Source: a virus (lineage: Duplodnaviria > Heunggongvirae > Uroviricota > Caudoviricetes). Taken from it: DNA of 7,338 bases. Shown here in pieces: positions 6,697 to 7,338 of this stretch. Below the pieces are notes generated by a model. It saw nothing but the letters and a program-made list of their open reading frames with translations, ran no database searches and was not told where the DNA came from. The position numbers and the translations under genes are program-made. The stretch lies in the IMG/VR virus record IMGVR_UViG_2711768040_000016; one strand, given 5' to 3'. Within the stretch, counting starts at the first letter, position 1. The number at the start of each line of letters is the position of its first letter.

Positions 6697-7257
6697 TTTA
6701 TTCTTTGTCACTGATGAGGGGAATTTTTTATAGAGCGTGGACAGGCCAATATCAAAAATCAGCGCCACACGTTGACGAGATTCCCCCGCAGCCAGCAACC
6801 GTCCGACCTGCTCCCACTCACTCGCGGTGAGTTTCGGACGTCTGCCACCAATACGACCTTTGGCTCTGGCCGCTTCCAGTCCGGCGCGTGTCCGCTCGAC
6901 AATGAGTTCTCGCTCCATTTCAGCCAGGGCACCCATCACATGAAAGAAAAAACGCCCCATCGGCGTGCTGGTATCAATAGCATCCGTCAGACTGCGAAAA
7001 TTAACGCCGCGTTCGCGCAGTTCCTCAACCAGAATGACCAGATGCCGCATACTACGCCCCAGCCTGTCCAGCTTCCAGACTACCAGTGTGTCACCTGCTG
7101 ATAATGTTCTGAGCAGTTTTTTCAGTCCCGGTCTGTCGGACTTCGTGCCGCTGATTTTATCCTCAAAAATCCGCTCGCATCCTGCGCACTCCAGCGCGTT
7201 ACGCTGCAATTCCGTGTTCTGGTCATTTGTTGACACGCGTACATAGCCAATAAGCAT
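6664..7257 (-). CDS. Serine-recombinase DNA invertase (Gin/Pin/Hin/Cin family), about 197 aa
   Basis: The minus-strand ORF translates to MLIGYVRVSTNDQNTELQRNALECAGCERIFEDKISGTKSDRPGLKKLL...GDTLVVWKLDRLGRSM...MGRFFFHVMGALAEMERELIVERTRAGL...GRIGGRRPKL...LSTLYKKF, which is near-colinear with Mu Gin as I recall it. It includes the catalytic serine motif YVRVSTNDQ and a C-terminal helix-turn-helix. The track ORF starts two codons earlier at 7263, but GGGGG directly abuts that ATG; the ATG at 7255..7257 has better ribosome-binding-site spacing and matches the Gin N-terminus. Confidence 0.92.
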   Translation of the reverse strand: MLIGYVRVSTNDQNTELQRNALECAGCERIFEDKISGTKSDRPGLKKLLRTLSAGDTLVVWKLDRLGRSMRHLVILVEELRERGVNFRSLTDAIDTSTPMGRFFFHVMGALAEMERELIVERTRAGLEAARAKGRIGGRRPKLTASEWEQVGRLLAAGESRQRVALIFDIGLSTLYKKFPSSVTKNKLCHPLANRDK

Positions 7258-7312
7258 GAGCATCCCCCTGAATAAAAACCGGAGATGATGCCAGTTGCCC
7301 GTTATCTCTGCA

Positions 7313-7338
7313 TTTTCATAAACGTTGGTTTGGGAGAA
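7313..7338. other. hix/gix/cix-like 26-bp invertase crossover site
   Basis: The reverse complement of 7313..7338 is TTCTCCCAAACC-AA-CGTTTATGAAAA: two imperfect 12-bp half-sites around a central AA dinucleotide. It resembles hixL (TTCTTGAAAACCAAGGTTTTTGATAA) and gix as I recall them. It lies about 55 bp upstream of the invertase start, the expected position for the invertase-proximal inverted repeat. The partner site would be outside the window. Confidence 0.55.

Noticed and set aside
6605-6800. Exact TGT-N12-ACA Ogr-responsive late promoter upstream of FI
   Set aside because: No exact match was found by manual scan of 6605..6800; only a one-mismatch candidate, reported at low confidence.
6624-7246. 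Plus-strand ORFs 6624..6830, 6772..7101 and 6965..7246
   Set aside because: They are antisense to the invertase gene, whose minus-strand translation is an unambiguous serine recombinase.
7258-7263. Upstream ATG at 7261..7263 as the invertase start (MLMLIGY...)
   Set aside because: The GGGGG ribosome-binding site directly abuts this ATG with no spacer. The ATG at 7255..7257 gives about 6-nt spacing and reproduces the MLIGYVRVS N-terminus of Gin-family invertases. This remains uncertain by two codons.
7285-7338. Plus-strand ATG-ATG at 7285..7290 opening a frame that reads through the crossover site to the window end
   Set aside because: Only 18 codons are visible and the GGAG immediately abuts the ATG. 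In known systems the variable tail-fibre frame begins at the crossover site without its own start codon. It cannot be judged without sequence beyond 7338.
1-7338. tRNA, rRNA, CRISPR repeats, insertion sequences or toxin-antitoxin pairs
   Set aside because: No short direct-repeat arrays, no cloverleaf-like conserved tRNA motifs and no transposase-like ORFs were seen. The window is almost fully occupied by eight contiguous phage genes.

Overview
This window is the distal half of a P2-like (Peduovirus-type) myophage late tail operon, all encoded on the minus strand, most likely from an enterobacterial prophage. Reading 5'->3' on the minus strand (high to low coordinates) the order is: a Gin/Pin/Hin/Cin-family serine DNA invertase, tail sheath FI, tail tube FII, tail chaperones E and E+E' (made by a -1 programmed frameshift), tape-measure T, tail protein U, baseplate-hub protein D, and the zinc-finger late activator Ogr. 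Gene sizes match the P2 proteins I recall (FI 396, FII 172, E 91, E+E' 142, T 815, U 159, D 387, Ogr 72 aa), and the genes are tightly packed with overlapping stop/start codons and strong ribosome-binding sites. I see no tRNA, rRNA, CRISPR array or insertion sequence. I also see no evidence of a novel system: this is a well-characterised, conserved module. The most notable points are (i) the invertase with a 26-bp hix/gix-like crossover site ending exactly at the window's last base, implying an invertible tail-fibre host-range switch just outside the window in a position where P2 itself carries Z/fun, (ii) the E/E' slippery site, and (iii) candidate promoters for ogr and for the FI operon. All homology statements are from memory of the protein families, not from a database search.
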